Of a DNA stretch of 63,037 nucleotides, positions 31,684 through 40,914 are shown one piece after another (within the stretch, counting starts at the first letter, position 1; each line of letters opens with the position of its first letter). The stretch is taken from contig CAZYLK010000008.1 in the NCBI GenBank assembly GCA_964648365.1, positions 1 through 63,037 on the forward strand, read 5' to 3'. Both the position numbers and the translations under genes were made by a program. The stretch comes from an uncultured Phycisphaeraceae bacterium (GTDB taxonomy: Bacteria > Planctomycetota > Phycisphaerae > UBA1845). The notes under the pieces were generated by a model. It saw only the letters and a program-made list of their open reading frames with translations. It was not told where the DNA came from and made no database searches.

Positions 31684-33369
31684 ATGGAGCAAACCATGTT
31701 TCAGCCTCAGGAGCGGAGCGGCGTGGTTCTCGATCGGCACCGGCCATTTCCTGCGCCGACGACGCGGATGGAGGATGTGACGAGCTCACGCCAACGAAGG
31801 CGAAACCGAGCCGATGATGCGACCCCCGATCATGCGTCGCCACGTCCGGCGCGACGGCGTCAGGATCCACGGCCGCCGGCGCGGCGGCAGACGCGCCCGA
31901 TCGCTCAGACGCCCGCGGCGTCGCCCACCACGACGGTCACGGTCCGGGCCGATGTCGCGCTGCCGCCGGTTCGACGGACCGAGCGTACGATCCGGGTCGC
32001 GACGACCTTCGGACTGGCGCTCGATCGGGTCACACGCCGCCTGATCGAGCGCGTCAGCCTGTGCCTTTCCGCGGGGCGGATCGTCCTGCTCCACGGTCCC
32101 TCCGGCACTGGCAAGACCACCGTCATGAAGGCACTGGCGGAATCGCTGCCCCATCGCATCGTGGTCGACGTGGTCAACTTCCCCCGCGACAAGGCGATCA
32201 TCGACGCGGTCGGCGACTGCCTGCCCTTCGATGAATCGCTGGCGCTGCTGAGCCGTTGCGCCCTGGGCGAAGCGCCGCTCTGGTTGCGCAGCATCGACGA
32301 GTTGTCCTGCGGTCAGCGGTCGCGGGCGGCGCTGGCCCGCGCGCTGGCGGTCGCGCTCGCGGCTCGCCCGCGGCCGGTCGTGCTGTGCGACGAGTTCGCC
32401 GCCGGGCTGCACCGCCGCGCGGCGCGGGGACTGAGCTACAACCTGCGGCGGCTCGTCTCGCGGCACGGCTATTGCGCCGTTGTCGCCACGTGCTCCGAGG
32501 ATCCGGCCGTCGACCTGTCCCCGGATGTCGTCATCCAGTTCGCGGACGGCGGGCGATGCACGGTTGACGAACGGTCGCCGCGAGCGGCGCGGCCATTCAG
32601 CCTGCGCCGCACGCTGACGATCGAGGCGGGTCGCAAGCAGGACTACGAGCACTTCGCCGCCATGCACTATCGTTCGGCGGACGAACTCGGCTTCGTCGAT
32701 AAGGTCTACCTTCTCCGCGAACGTGGCATCGGACGAAGCACCCGCGCGACCGCAGGTGCTGCCCGCGGTCGCCGCTCGGGAACCACATCGCTGACGACCG
32801 GGCGGCGCGACGACATCCTCGGCATCATCGTGTACGCGCACGGGCCGCGCGAACTGGCGCTGCGCAACGAAGCAACCGGGGGGCGCTTCCTCCGGAATCT
32901 CGAGCGCCTCAACCGCGAGTGCCGCATCATCCGCCGACTGGTCATCCATCCCGACGTGCGCGGCTGCGGGCTGGGCCGGATGCTGGTGCGGCGAACCCTC
33001 TCGATGGTCGGCACGCGGTTCGTCGAGTGCCTGGCTACGATGGGCGACGTCAACCCCGTCTTCGAGCGGGCCGGGATGCGCCGCATCGGCCGCTGCGTTC
33101 ATCCGCAGTGCGTCCGCGCGTCGCTGGACCGTCTGAGGGCGCTGGGCGTTGATCCTTGCGACGGCGCCTTCACCGCCCGAGTCTGCCGCAGCCGCGAGGT
33201 GCGCGACGTCGTCGCCGACGCCGTCGCGACGTGGTACTGGTCCACCGTCGGCAACGGCGACCGGCGCGTCGCCCGGCAGTCACCCGAGATGCTGGCCCAG
33301 CTCTTCCGAAACCTGATGTCGAGCCGGCCGGTGTACTACTTGTGGGAGGGGAGAACGTCGAAAACGTGA
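31684..33369 (+). CDS. ABC-type ATPase fused to a GNAT-like acetyltransferase domain (uncharacterised)
   Basis: Arg/Pro-rich N-terminus. Walker A GPSGTGKTT, signature variant LSCGQRSRAALARAL, Walker B VVLCDEFAAGLH, then IIRRLVIHPDVRGCGLGRMLV (GNAT motif A-like). Start uncertain (31660, 31684 or 31696). Confidence 0.7.
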   Translation: MEQTMFQPQERSGVVLDRHRPFPAPTTRMEDVTSSRQRRRNRADDATPDHASPRPARRRQDPRPPARRQTRPIAQTPAASPTTTVTVRADVALPPVRRTERTIRVATTFGLALDRVTRRLIERVSLCLSAGRIVLLHGPSGTGKTTVMKALAESLPHRIVVDVVNFPRDKAIIDAVGDCLPFDESLALLSRCALGEAPLWLRSIDELSCGQRSRAALARALAVALAARPRPVVLCDEFAAGLHRRAARGLSYNLRRLVSRHGYCAVVATCSEDPAVDLSPDVVIQFADGGRCTVDERSPRAARPFSLRRTLTIEAGRKQDYEHFAAMHYRSADELGFVDKVYLLRERGIGRSTRATAGAARGRRSGTTSLTTGRRDDILGIIVYAHGPRELALRNEATGGRFLRNLERLNRECRIIRRLVIHPDVRGCGLGRMLVRRTLSMVGTRFVECLATMGDVNPVFERAGMRRIGRCVHPQCVRASLDRLRALGVDPCDGAFTARVCRSREVRDVVADAVATWYWSTVGNGDRRVARQSPEMLAQLFRNLMSSRPVYYLWEGRTSKT

Positions 33370-33534
33370 CGCGCCGGGCGAGACTGACGCAGCCCACCCG
33401 TAACGTGTGTGGCGCTGGTGGAAATGCTCGCTCCGGACCGATGATAACCTCGGGTGGGCGCCCGGCAGATCCAACTGGGCCGTCGCCGAGTTGGAGGAAC
33501 CACGGGAGTCTTCGAGAGTCTGGAGGACTGCAGA

Positions 33535-35616
33535 ATGGCAGGTCGGAAGGTACGCGGTCCGCGGTGGGCTACCGTCGCGATGACAGGTGCGCTGGTCTGT
33601 CATGCGCATGCACAGGGTCGTCCCGACGTCACCTGGATGGCCGGTGGACACGGAGACTGGGTTACCGACGTAGCCTATTCTCAGGATGGTCGGTTGCTGA
33701 TCACCTGCGGCAGCGAAGCAAAGCTCTGGCGCGTGTCGGACGGCACGTTGTTGCGTACGCTTCCGCGATCGTCACAAATCGCGGCGTTCTCACCGGACGG
33801 CGAATGCGTCGTAACGATGGCTGCCGGGGGGCGCGATCTGCAACTCTGGCGCGTCGCGGACGGACGCCTGCTCTGGAAACGCGACACCGCGTATTTCAAC
33901 GATTTCTGCTTTGCACCGGACGGTCAGACGCTTTTCGTCGCGCAGGACGACGGAAGGCTCACGCTCTGGAAGATGCCGGCCGGCGAACTGATCGAAACGC
34001 GAACCGCACATCAAGACGGCATCTCCTCTGTCGCGATTTCACCCGATGGCGAACTGCTGGCCACCGGCAGCCGAGACTTGACGTTGAAGCTATGGCGATC
34101 GTTGGATGGTGAACTCATCCGGACGTTTGACGACGACGACGAGGTGCTGGGTGTGGAGTTCTCGCCTGACCAACGCACGCTCGCGTCGGCCGGGAAGGAG
34201 TTCGGGGCAAGGCTCAAGCTCTGGCGCATCGCGGACGGTCAGTTGCTGCGTACCTTTGATGAGCAACTCGAGTTCGCCAGCGACATCACGTTCTCCCCGG
34301 ACGCCCGGACGCTGGCCGCATGTGGATCCTCCGGCGTCGTTCGGTTGTGGCACGTCGATGACGGCGGATTTCTGGGGACGTTGACGGGACATCGGGGCAC
34401 GGTTCGCGCCATTGCCTTCTCTCCGGATGGACGCCTGCTTGCGTCGGGCGGCAATGATCACATGCTTCGGCTTTGGCGCGTGGCACGACTCAGGCAGGTC
34501 GGCACCCTCACCCAGCATACGGAGGCGGTGCATGGCTTTGCGTTTTCGCCGGACGGCCAGTGGGTCGCGACCGGCAGCCACGACGGCACGGTGCGGCTCA
34601 TCCAGGCGCTCGACGGCGCGCCGGTGCGAACGCTCGCGCAAGGCAAGGGCGAAGTCTGGCGGCTCGCCTTTTCACCGGACAGCCGGATTCTCGCCGTTGG
34701 CAGCGAGTCGGGCGCGCTCGAATTGTACGAATTACCGAACGGCGAGCTGGTTCGAAGCTTCGCCTTCGGAGGCGTGCGTTCGCTCGACTTCTCTTCTGAC
34801 GGCACGCTGCTGGGGGCGGGGTCCATCGGTGGTCAGGGACAGGTTTGGCGCGTTTCCGACGGTTCGATCGTTCACACCATCAGCGACGGCGCCGTCGGCG
34901 TCTCGTTCGGACCGGACGGGAAAACGCTGGCCTCGTGCGGCGGGACGGGGCGCGACCGGATGCAGGTGTGGAGCATCCCCGGCGGCGAACTGATCCAGTC
35001 GATAGTCGCGAATATCTACTTCCGATCAATCGCGTACTCCCCGGACGGCCGTACGATCGCCGCCGGGGGCATCTGGGGCAGGATCACGCTGTGGCGCATT
35101 TCTGACGGTGCGATGCTGTGGGAGCAATGGACCCCCGGACACGCGGCCGCGGTGGACGCCATCAGCTTCTCCCCCGACGGTCGGACAGTCATCTCCTCCG
35201 CAGAGGCGTTCAGCAGCGTCTGTATCTGGCGGGTCGCGGACGGCGCACTTCTTGATGGCTTCAATGAGGAAACGCGCACCGCCTACTCAGCCCAATACTC
35301 GGCCGACGGCCGCGCGGTGGGTTGGGGACGGTCTGACGCATCCGCCGTGGTCGCGGGAAGTCCCTACCAGGGAGAGGTCGATTGCGGTGGCGGTACGCGG
35401 CTGGTCGTGCGCTGCCCTCGCAGCGGCGCGAAGGTCGTCGCGCGAGTCAAGGCAGCCACGCCTGGCATGGAGGTCACGTTCACGCTCGACAGCCAGATGT
35501 CGCGGACGATCGAAACGGACGACCGGGGAACGGCGCGCGTCCGCTATTCAGCCAACGAACAAGGCGACCACACCGTTCGAGCCTGCGGCCTGAAGACGGC
35601 CTGTGCTGGGCCTTGA
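33535..35616 (+). CDS. Secreted WD40-repeat beta-propeller protein with a C-terminal Cys-bounded module
   Basis: GGAGGA lies 8 nt before the ATG at 33535. Signal peptide MAGRKVRGPRWATVAMTGALVCHAHAQG. At least 14 repeats of the type H...V..[IV]AFSPDG..LA[ST]G..D..L+LWR..DG.L[IL]RT. Confidence 0.9.
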   Translation: MAGRKVRGPRWATVAMTGALVCHAHAQGRPDVTWMAGGHGDWVTDVAYSQDGRLLITCGSEAKLWRVSDGTLLRTLPRSSQIAAFSPDGECVVTMAAGGRDLQLWRVADGRLLWKRDTAYFNDFCFAPDGQTLFVAQDDGRLTLWKMPAGELIETRTAHQDGISSVAISPDGELLATGSRDLTLKLWRSLDGELIRTFDDDDEVLGVEFSPDQRTLASAGKEFGARLKLWRIADGQLLRTFDEQLEFASDITFSPDARTLAACGSSGVVRLWHVDDGGFLGTLTGHRGTVRAIAFSPDGRLLASGGNDHMLRLWRVARLRQVGTLTQHTEAVHGFAFSPDGQWVATGSHDGTVRLIQALDGAPVRTLAQGKGEVWRLAFSPDSRILAVGSESGALELYELPNGELVRSFAFGGVRSLDFSSDGTLLGAGSIGGQGQVWRVSDGSIVHTISDGAVGVSFGPDGKTLASCGGTGRDRMQVWSIPGGELIQSIVANIYFRSIAYSPDGRTIAAGGIWGRITLWRISDGAMLWEQWTPGHAAAVDAISFSPDGRTVISSAEAFSSVCIWRVADGALLDGFNEETRTAYSAQYSADGRAVGWGRSDASAVVAGSPYQGEVDCGGGTRLVVRCPRSGAKVVARVKAATPGMEVTFTLDSQMSRTIETDDRGTARVRYSANEQGDHTVRACGLKTACAGP

Positions 35617-35975
35617 CGGGCAGACTCTCGGCGACCCTCGTCGGTCCCGGGTCGTCGGTGCCGGACCGCCGGGACGCAGGTTGGCCGCATAATCCCGCAC
35701 TCCCGTACTCAATGGTCTTCTTGGTCCGCCCGCGTGTCCGCTTCAAGGCGTGACGCCGGCCGTCGAGCCGCTACCATAGCGGTGTGCAGCAACTCAAGGA
35801 TTACTTCCGCTTCTGTCCCGACCAGCCCAAGGTGCTGATCTCCGACGCCGTCTGCTTCGGCCGCCGGCGCGGGCACTACCCGTACTGCGGCGGCTGCCAG
35901 TTCAACGACGACGAGGTCAAACCCGGCACGACGCGGGACGAAGGCGTACAGCGAAAGCACCAGGAGACTGTGCAG

Positions 35976-37352
35976 ATGCTCGGCAAGGTGTTCAAGGCGT
36001 ACGACGTCCGCGGAACCTACCCGGACCAGCTCAACGAGGAACTGGCGTACAAGATCGGCCACGCGACGGCGACGTACCTGCGGATGGGCCTGCGCGGCGT
36101 CGAGCGGGGTCAGGACGCGGCCGGGGCGATCATCGTCGGACGGGACATGCGCAAGAGCAGCCCGTCCATGTCGGCCGCGTTCATCGACGGCGCCCGCGAC
36201 GCCGGCTCGCCGGTGTACGACATCGGCATGGTCGACACCCCGCAGGTCTGCTTCGCCATCAATCACCTCAAGACGTGCGGCGGCACGCAGGTCACCGCCA
36301 GCCACAACCCGGGGCATTACAACGGCTTCAAGATATCCGGCGCGGCCGGGGCGCCCATCGGCGGCGACACGGGCCTGGCCAACATCCGCCAGCTTGCCCA
36401 GTCGGTCACGCACATGCCGTCCGACAAGCCGGCGTGGGTCGAGCAGAAGGATCTGTCGGAGGAGTATCGCAAATTCGTCCTGTCGTTCCTCAAAAAGCCC
36501 AAGCGCCTGCGGATCGTGGTCGATGCGTCCAACGGGATGGCCGGGCGCTGGGTGCCGATCATCTTCGGGCAGACGGACGAGCTGGAACTGATCTGCCTGA
36601 ACCTCAAGCACGACGGCGACTTCGTGCATGAGCCGAACCCGCTGGTGGATGCGAATCTCGATCAGTTGCGCGCCGAGGTGAAGTCAAGCGGGGCGGACTT
36701 CGGCGTGTGCTTCGACGGCGACGCCGATCGGCTGATTCTGGTCGACGAGAACGCCGACATCATCCGTTGCGACATGACCACGGCGCTGTTGGCGAAGGAG
36801 TTCCTGCGCCGCGAGCCGGGTTCGACCATCGTCTACGATCTGCGCTCCAGCCGCGTCGTGGCCGAGGAAGTCCGCGCGGCCGGCGGGCATCCGCGCCGCG
36901 AGCGCGTCGGGCACGCCTTCATGAAGACCGCCCTGGCCAAGTCCAAGGGCGTCTTCGGCGGGGAGCTGTCGGGGCACTTCTACTTCAAGGACAACTTCTA
37001 CTGCGATTCCGGCATGTTGGCGCTGGTCCACATGGTGAACGTGCTGACCCGCGAAGACAAGCCGCTCTCCGACTTGATCCGCCCGCTCAAGCGCTACACC
37101 AGCAGCGGCGAGCGCAACTTCGTTAACGAGCATAAGGACGAGACGATTCAGCGCCTGGCGGAGATGTTCAAAGACGCCAAGGTAGACTTCCTCGACGGCG
37201 TGACGGTGCAGTACGACAAGTGGTGGTTCAACGTCCGCAAGTCGAACACGGAACCGCTGCTTCGCCTCAACCTGGAGGCGGAGTCGAAGGCGCTGATGGA
37301 AGAGAAGGTGGCGCTGGTGGGGAGGGAACTCGGTGAGGCGTCGGCGCATTGA
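35976..37352 (+). CDS. Phosphomannomutase/phosphoglucomutase (alpha-D-phosphohexomutase)
   Basis: KAYDVRG, the active-site TASHNPGHYNGFK, the Mg loop FDGDADRL and GELSGHF. AGGAG lies 9 nt before the ATG at 35976. The frame is open upstream to a GTG at 35784 (see findings). Confidence 0.9.
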   Translation: MLGKVFKAYDVRGTYPDQLNEELAYKIGHATATYLRMGLRGVERGQDAAGAIIVGRDMRKSSPSMSAAFIDGARDAGSPVYDIGMVDTPQVCFAINHLKTCGGTQVTASHNPGHYNGFKISGAAGAPIGGDTGLANIRQLAQSVTHMPSDKPAWVEQKDLSEEYRKFVLSFLKKPKRLRIVVDASNGMAGRWVPIIFGQTDELELICLNLKHDGDFVHEPNPLVDANLDQLRAEVKSSGADFGVCFDGDADRLILVDENADIIRCDMTTALLAKEFLRREPGSTIVYDLRSSRVVAEEVRAAGGHPRRERVGHAFMKTALAKSKGVFGGELSGHFYFKDNFYCDSGMLALVHMVNVLTREDKPLSDLIRPLKRYTSSGERNFVNEHKDETIQRLAEMFKDAKVDFLDGVTVQYDKWWFNVRKSNTEPLLRLNLEAESKALMEEKVALVGRELGEASAH

Positions 37353-37400
37353 TAAGAGGGTAAGAACGTAAGAAGGGTGTGAAGGTAGGAAGCCCCCATC

Positions 37401-37793
37401 TCAAAACGTCATCAACGGCCAGTCCTGCTTGATGTATATCAGATTTCCCCCCGGATCGCGGACGCCGAGGCGGCGGTCGGTCCAGGCCAGGCCGCGCATC
37501 ACGACGTAGGGGATGCGGTTTTTGGCCAGCAGTTCGCGTACCTGCCGCAGCGACGGCGCGCCGATTTCGATGCGGTAGGCGTTGTCCTCGATCTTCGGCG
37601 GGTCGCAGAGCGTGACGACGAGGTCCGTGTTGCCGCTGCGGAACCGCAGCCGGTCGCCAATGGGCGTCTCCGGCGTCGGCTCGATGCACTCCAGCCCGGC
37701 GACCTGCGTGTAGAACCACTGCACCTGCTCGGCGACGGCGGGCGACGCTTGCAGGTTTACGGTGGCGATGGCTTTGATGCGGGAATCGCTCAC
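37401..37793 (-). CDS. VOC-superfamily (glyoxalase/bleomycin-resistance-like) protein
   Basis: 130 aa with a GTG start. Beta-alpha-beta-beta-beta style sequence ending GVRDPGGNLIYI, typical of VOC domains. Assignment is moderate. Confidence 0.6.
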   Translation of the reverse strand: MSDSRIKAIATVNLQASPAVAEQVQWFYTQVAGLECIEPTPETPIGDRLRFRSGNTDLVVTLCDPPKIEDNAYRIEIGAPSLRQVRELLAKNRIPYVVMRGLAWTDRRLGVRDPGGNLIYIKQDWPLMTF

Positions 37794-37822
37794 GTACGAG
37801 TATCAGACGATCGGCCGCAAAC

Positions 37823-37861
37823 GTGGCACGGGCTTCCAGCCCGTGATTCCTCCGGCTGGAA
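37823..37861. repeat. REP-like element, family A (GTGGCACGGGC-TTCCA-GCCCGTGATTC)
   Basis: gtggcacgggcttccagcccgtgattcctccggctggaa has a 7-bp stem hairpin. It is related to the elements at 40796, 40888 and 45900, and more loosely to 47674. Confidence 0.75.
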
Positions 37862-37924
37862 CTCGACGATCCGCCCACGGCGGGCCGGCGCCCCACAGGC
37901 GCGAAACGGCTCTTCAACCAGCTC

Positions 37925-38515
37925 CTACGGCACCAGTTGCCGGCGATCCGAAAAAACTTCGGCTGAAAACAGCCAGACTTCGGCCCCCTCCCGGCGCCAC
38001 GCGTCGGCCGGCAGGCCGGCTTTCATTGTACAGCAGTTGGCCAGAAACTCCTCGGCCGTCCAGCGCCGCTGGCTCGCCACCTTGGGCAGAAAACACCCGC
38101 CCTGCTCGCCACAGCGAACCACGATCCCGTGCGTGCCGATCTGCAACTGCTCCGGTCGCTGCATGGGCTCGCGCGGGGACAGAAGCGATATCTCGATCGT
38201 CAACTGCGGCAGTTCCGCCAGCGTGATCGGGTTGTGCCGGAAGCGCGGATCGGTCAGCGAGGCCTCGGCCGCGTCGCGCGTCGCTTCGACCAGTTCGCCG
38301 ATATCCCGAAAGCTGCCGATGCAGCCGCGCAGCTCGCCGCGCCGGTCGAGCGTGACGAAGATGCCGCTGTAGTCGGCGTGGATCGGCTCGACGGGATCGC
38401 CCGTGTACGGCGACACCCCGGCTCCGCCACCGCTCTGTGACGCATCGCTCAGCGCGTCGGTAAGGGACGCGCGTGCCACGGCGAGCAGGGCATCGCGTTG
38501 ACGGTCGTCGAGCAT
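37925..38515 (-). CDS. AMMECR1-domain protein (AmmeMemoRadiSam system protein A-like)
   Basis: GIFVTLDRRGELRGCIGSF, DPRF and LTIEISLLS motifs. Confidence 0.85.
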   Translation of the reverse strand: MLDDRQRDALLAVARASLTDALSDASQSGGGAGVSPYTGDPVEPIHADYSGIFVTLDRRGELRGCIGSFRDIGELVEATRDAAEASLTDPRFRHNPITLAELPQLTIEISLLSPREPMQRPEQLQIGTHGIVVRCGEQGGCFLPKVASQRRWTAEEFLANCCTMKAGLPADAWRREGAEVWLFSAEVFSDRRQLVP

Positions 38516-38556
38516 GGGCGGTTCCCGTCACGGAGTCGGGCCGCGGAGGCGTGTCT

Positions 38557-39111
38557 CTAACGACCGGCCGCGCCAAGGCGGGCGAGGATCGCATCCGCGA
38601 CCTGCTCCGGATCGCATTCGTCGGTATCCATCGTAACGTCCGCGGCCGCGGCGTACAGAGGGGTTCGACGTTGCAGCAGTTCGTCGATCTCCGCCAGCGT
38701 GTCGCGCCCCCCCAGCAGCGGCGGGCGCATGCTCGCGGACGCCGGGTCGGCGGCGATACGGGCGCTGAGCGCGGCGGCCCCGGCCCGCAACCAGACAACC
38801 ATCGCCGTGGCGCGAGCGCGCCGCACGATCACATCGCTCTCCACCGCCCCCCCCCCAAGCGCCAGGATGCACGCGGCGCCGGCGCAGGCACGTTCGACGG
38901 CCTCTGCCTCCAGCGCGCGAAATGCCGCCTCGCCGCCTTCGTTGAAGATCTCGGAAATGGTTCGACCCGCCCGCTCTGTGATGGCTTCGTCCGTATCGAT
39001 CAGCGGCAGGCCGGTCCGGGCCGCGAGGATGCGCCCGACGGTGCTCTTGCCGCTGCCGCGAAAGCCGATCAGGGCGATCGAACGCTTTCCTTGGGGATCA
39101 TCCGTCGCCAT
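38557..39111 (-). CDS. aroK: Shikimate kinase
   Basis: IALIGFRGSGKSTVGRILAARTGLPLIDTD (P-loop plus the DTD shikimate site), followed by FRALE. The ATG at 39111 overlaps the upstream gene's stop (39098) by 14 nt. Confidence 0.85.
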   Translation of the reverse strand: MATDDPQGKRSIALIGFRGSGKSTVGRILAARTGLPLIDTDEAITERAGRTISEIFNEGGEAAFRALEAEAVERACAGAACILALGGGAVESDVIVRRARATAMVVWLRAGAAALSARIAADPASASMRPPLLGGRDTLAEIDELLQRRTPLYAAAADVTMDTDECDPEQVADAILARLGAAGR

Positions 39112-40660
39112 CGCGCTCCGCCTGCCGCCGCGCGAGTTCCGCCAGCACCACTCGACGCATCTCGTCACTGCCGGCGTTAAGCCCGGTCCAGATCGCGAAC
39201 TGGAACGCCGCCTGATAAACGAACATCTCGACGCCGCTGACCGTTCGGCAGCCGACCTCCCTGGCTTCGCGAAGGAGGCGGGTCTCGGGCGGGTTGTACA
39301 CCGCGTCGAAGACCACGGTGTAACGGCGCAGCGCGATGCGCGGCATCGGCGTTTCATCGACGTTCGGCCACATGCCGATCGGCGTCGCGTTGATCAGGAT
39401 GCCGCCGCTGGAGTCAAGGCGATCCTCCCACGGCCTGACCTTGGAGCCACCGGACAGTGCGGGAGCGCACTTCGCCGGATCGCGGGCGAAGAGCGTGGCG
39501 CGCTCGCCGCCGAGGGGCGGCCAGTTTGCCAGCGCGCACGCCGTCCCGCCGCCGCCCAGGATGTCGACGCGCGTTTCTTGAGCCTCCTTTAAGGGCATGA
39601 CGGCATTCAGTGCCCCGGACGCCGCCCAGGTGTCGGTGTTGTGTCGGGTCCAAAGGTCGTCATCGGTCGGCGTGAGCGTGTTGGCCGTGCCGACCAGTAC
39701 GAACCCGGGTCCACCGAGCCGGCCTGCCGCGATCTTGTGCGGCATCGTCACGCTGAAGCCGCCGAGGTCGAACCGCCCGGACGACCGCAGCGCGTCAAGA
39801 CAGGGCCGAAGTTCGCCCGCCGGCACGCGACAGGGAAGATAGACCGCGTCGAGGCCGTGACGCTTGAACAGCGGGTTGAACACGACCGGGCTCATCGAGT
39901 GCGCCACCGGGTCGCCGATGACGCCGAAGACGCGGGTGTCCGGCGTGATCGACTTCACACGGTAGAGATTGACCATCTCGTCGAGCGTCAGTTGGCCCGG
40001 CGCCGTCCGGCTCGACGCATCGAGGCAGCAGTAGGTCACATACCCCCTCCACTTCGGCGCCAGGACGCGCGACGGGATGCCGTCCTCCTCCATGCAGATG
40101 GCGGATGCACGTCCTCCGCCGGCGATCATGGCTTCCGCGGCGACGACGTTGTCGCGGATGTCGTGCGGGCGCCAGGCGATCTTAGCGATCGCGGTGGCAT
40201 CCGTCGCGAGCACCTGCCTGACCCACGCAACGGCGTCAGGCGTCACGCCGTCGAAACGGTGGGACGAGAGAATCAGTCGCGGAAAGTCGGCCTCCGCGCG
40301 TGGGTGGCGCCAGTTGGCCTCTGCGCGGGTATGGCGCCAGTCGGCCTCTGCGCGAACAGCGGGCCAGTCCGCCCATTCAAAGTCGATGCACACATCGCAG
40401 CCACCTGCCGCGCGACGGATCGCCGCCAGTCGCTCCGCCGGCGCGTCATCCGACAGCCCGCCCTCCGCCCGGCCGCGGCAGGTCAGGATGAACTCAAACT
40501 CCGTGTTTTCCGCGATGACCGCCGCGATCCACGACGGATCGCCCGCCAGCCCGTCGATGCGCACCTCGACCGCATCCGCCCCCCCCCGCCGTGCACGGAC
40601 GACATCCTCCCGCAGGCGTACATCGTCAGATGCAAAAATGGAGCACACCAGCCGCGTCAT
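39098..40660 (-). CDS. aroDE: Bifunctional 3-dehydroquinate dehydratase (type I) / shikimate 5-dehydrogenase
   Basis: N-terminal AroD-like region (VCSIFASD...DAVEVRIDGL...ILSSHRFDG). The C-terminal AroE region has VFGVIGDPVAHSMSPVVFNPLF and the ILGGGGTA Rossmann motif. Start at the ATG at 40660. Confidence 0.85.
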   Translation of the reverse strand: MTRLVCSIFASDDVRLREDVVRARRGGADAVEVRIDGLAGDPSWIAAVIAENTEFEFILTCRGRAEGGLSDDAPAERLAAIRRAAGGCDVCIDFEWADWPAVRAEADWRHTRAEANWRHPRAEADFPRLILSSHRFDGVTPDAVAWVRQVLATDATAIAKIAWRPHDIRDNVVAAEAMIAGGGRASAICMEEDGIPSRVLAPKWRGYVTYCCLDASSRTAPGQLTLDEMVNLYRVKSITPDTRVFGVIGDPVAHSMSPVVFNPLFKRHGLDAVYLPCRVPAGELRPCLDALRSSGRFDLGGFSVTMPHKIAAGRLGGPGFVLVGTANTLTPTDDDLWTRHNTDTWAASGALNAVMPLKEAQETRVDILGGGGTACALANWPPLGGERATLFARDPAKCAPALSGGSKVRPWEDRLDSSGGILINATPIGMWPNVDETPMPRIALRRYTVVFDAVYNPPETRLLREAREVGCRTVSGVEMFVYQAAFQFAIWTGLNAGSDEMRRVVLAELARRQAERDGDG

Positions 40661-40795
40661 GGCACCGGAGCGTACCGGTCGCAACCGATGGCGGCAACGA
40701 ACCGCGCGCCGCCCCGCGCGCCGCCCGCGCGAGGTGCGTGTCGCAATCCACGGAGCTATCAAGCGTCGGCGGCGCGCAAGCCGTCGGCGGCGCGC

Positions 40796-40914
40796 GTGGC
40801 ACGGGCATCTTGCCCGTGATTGCGACTCGGTATTTGACCCGCCCCGAGGGATACTGCATCACGACAGGCAGGCGCCTGCCGCCCTTCGAATCACGGCCTG
40901 GAAGGCCGTGCCAC
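40796..40914. repeat. MITE-like composite of two inverted family-A REP arms flanking about 64 bp
   Basis: Left arm gtggcacgggcatcttgcccgtgattgc (40796-40823). Right arm gaatcacggcctggaaggccgtgccac (40888-40914) is its approximate reverse complement. An extra gtgccac follows, ending at 40925. It lies in the divergent aroDE/nadE gap. Confidence 0.6.
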
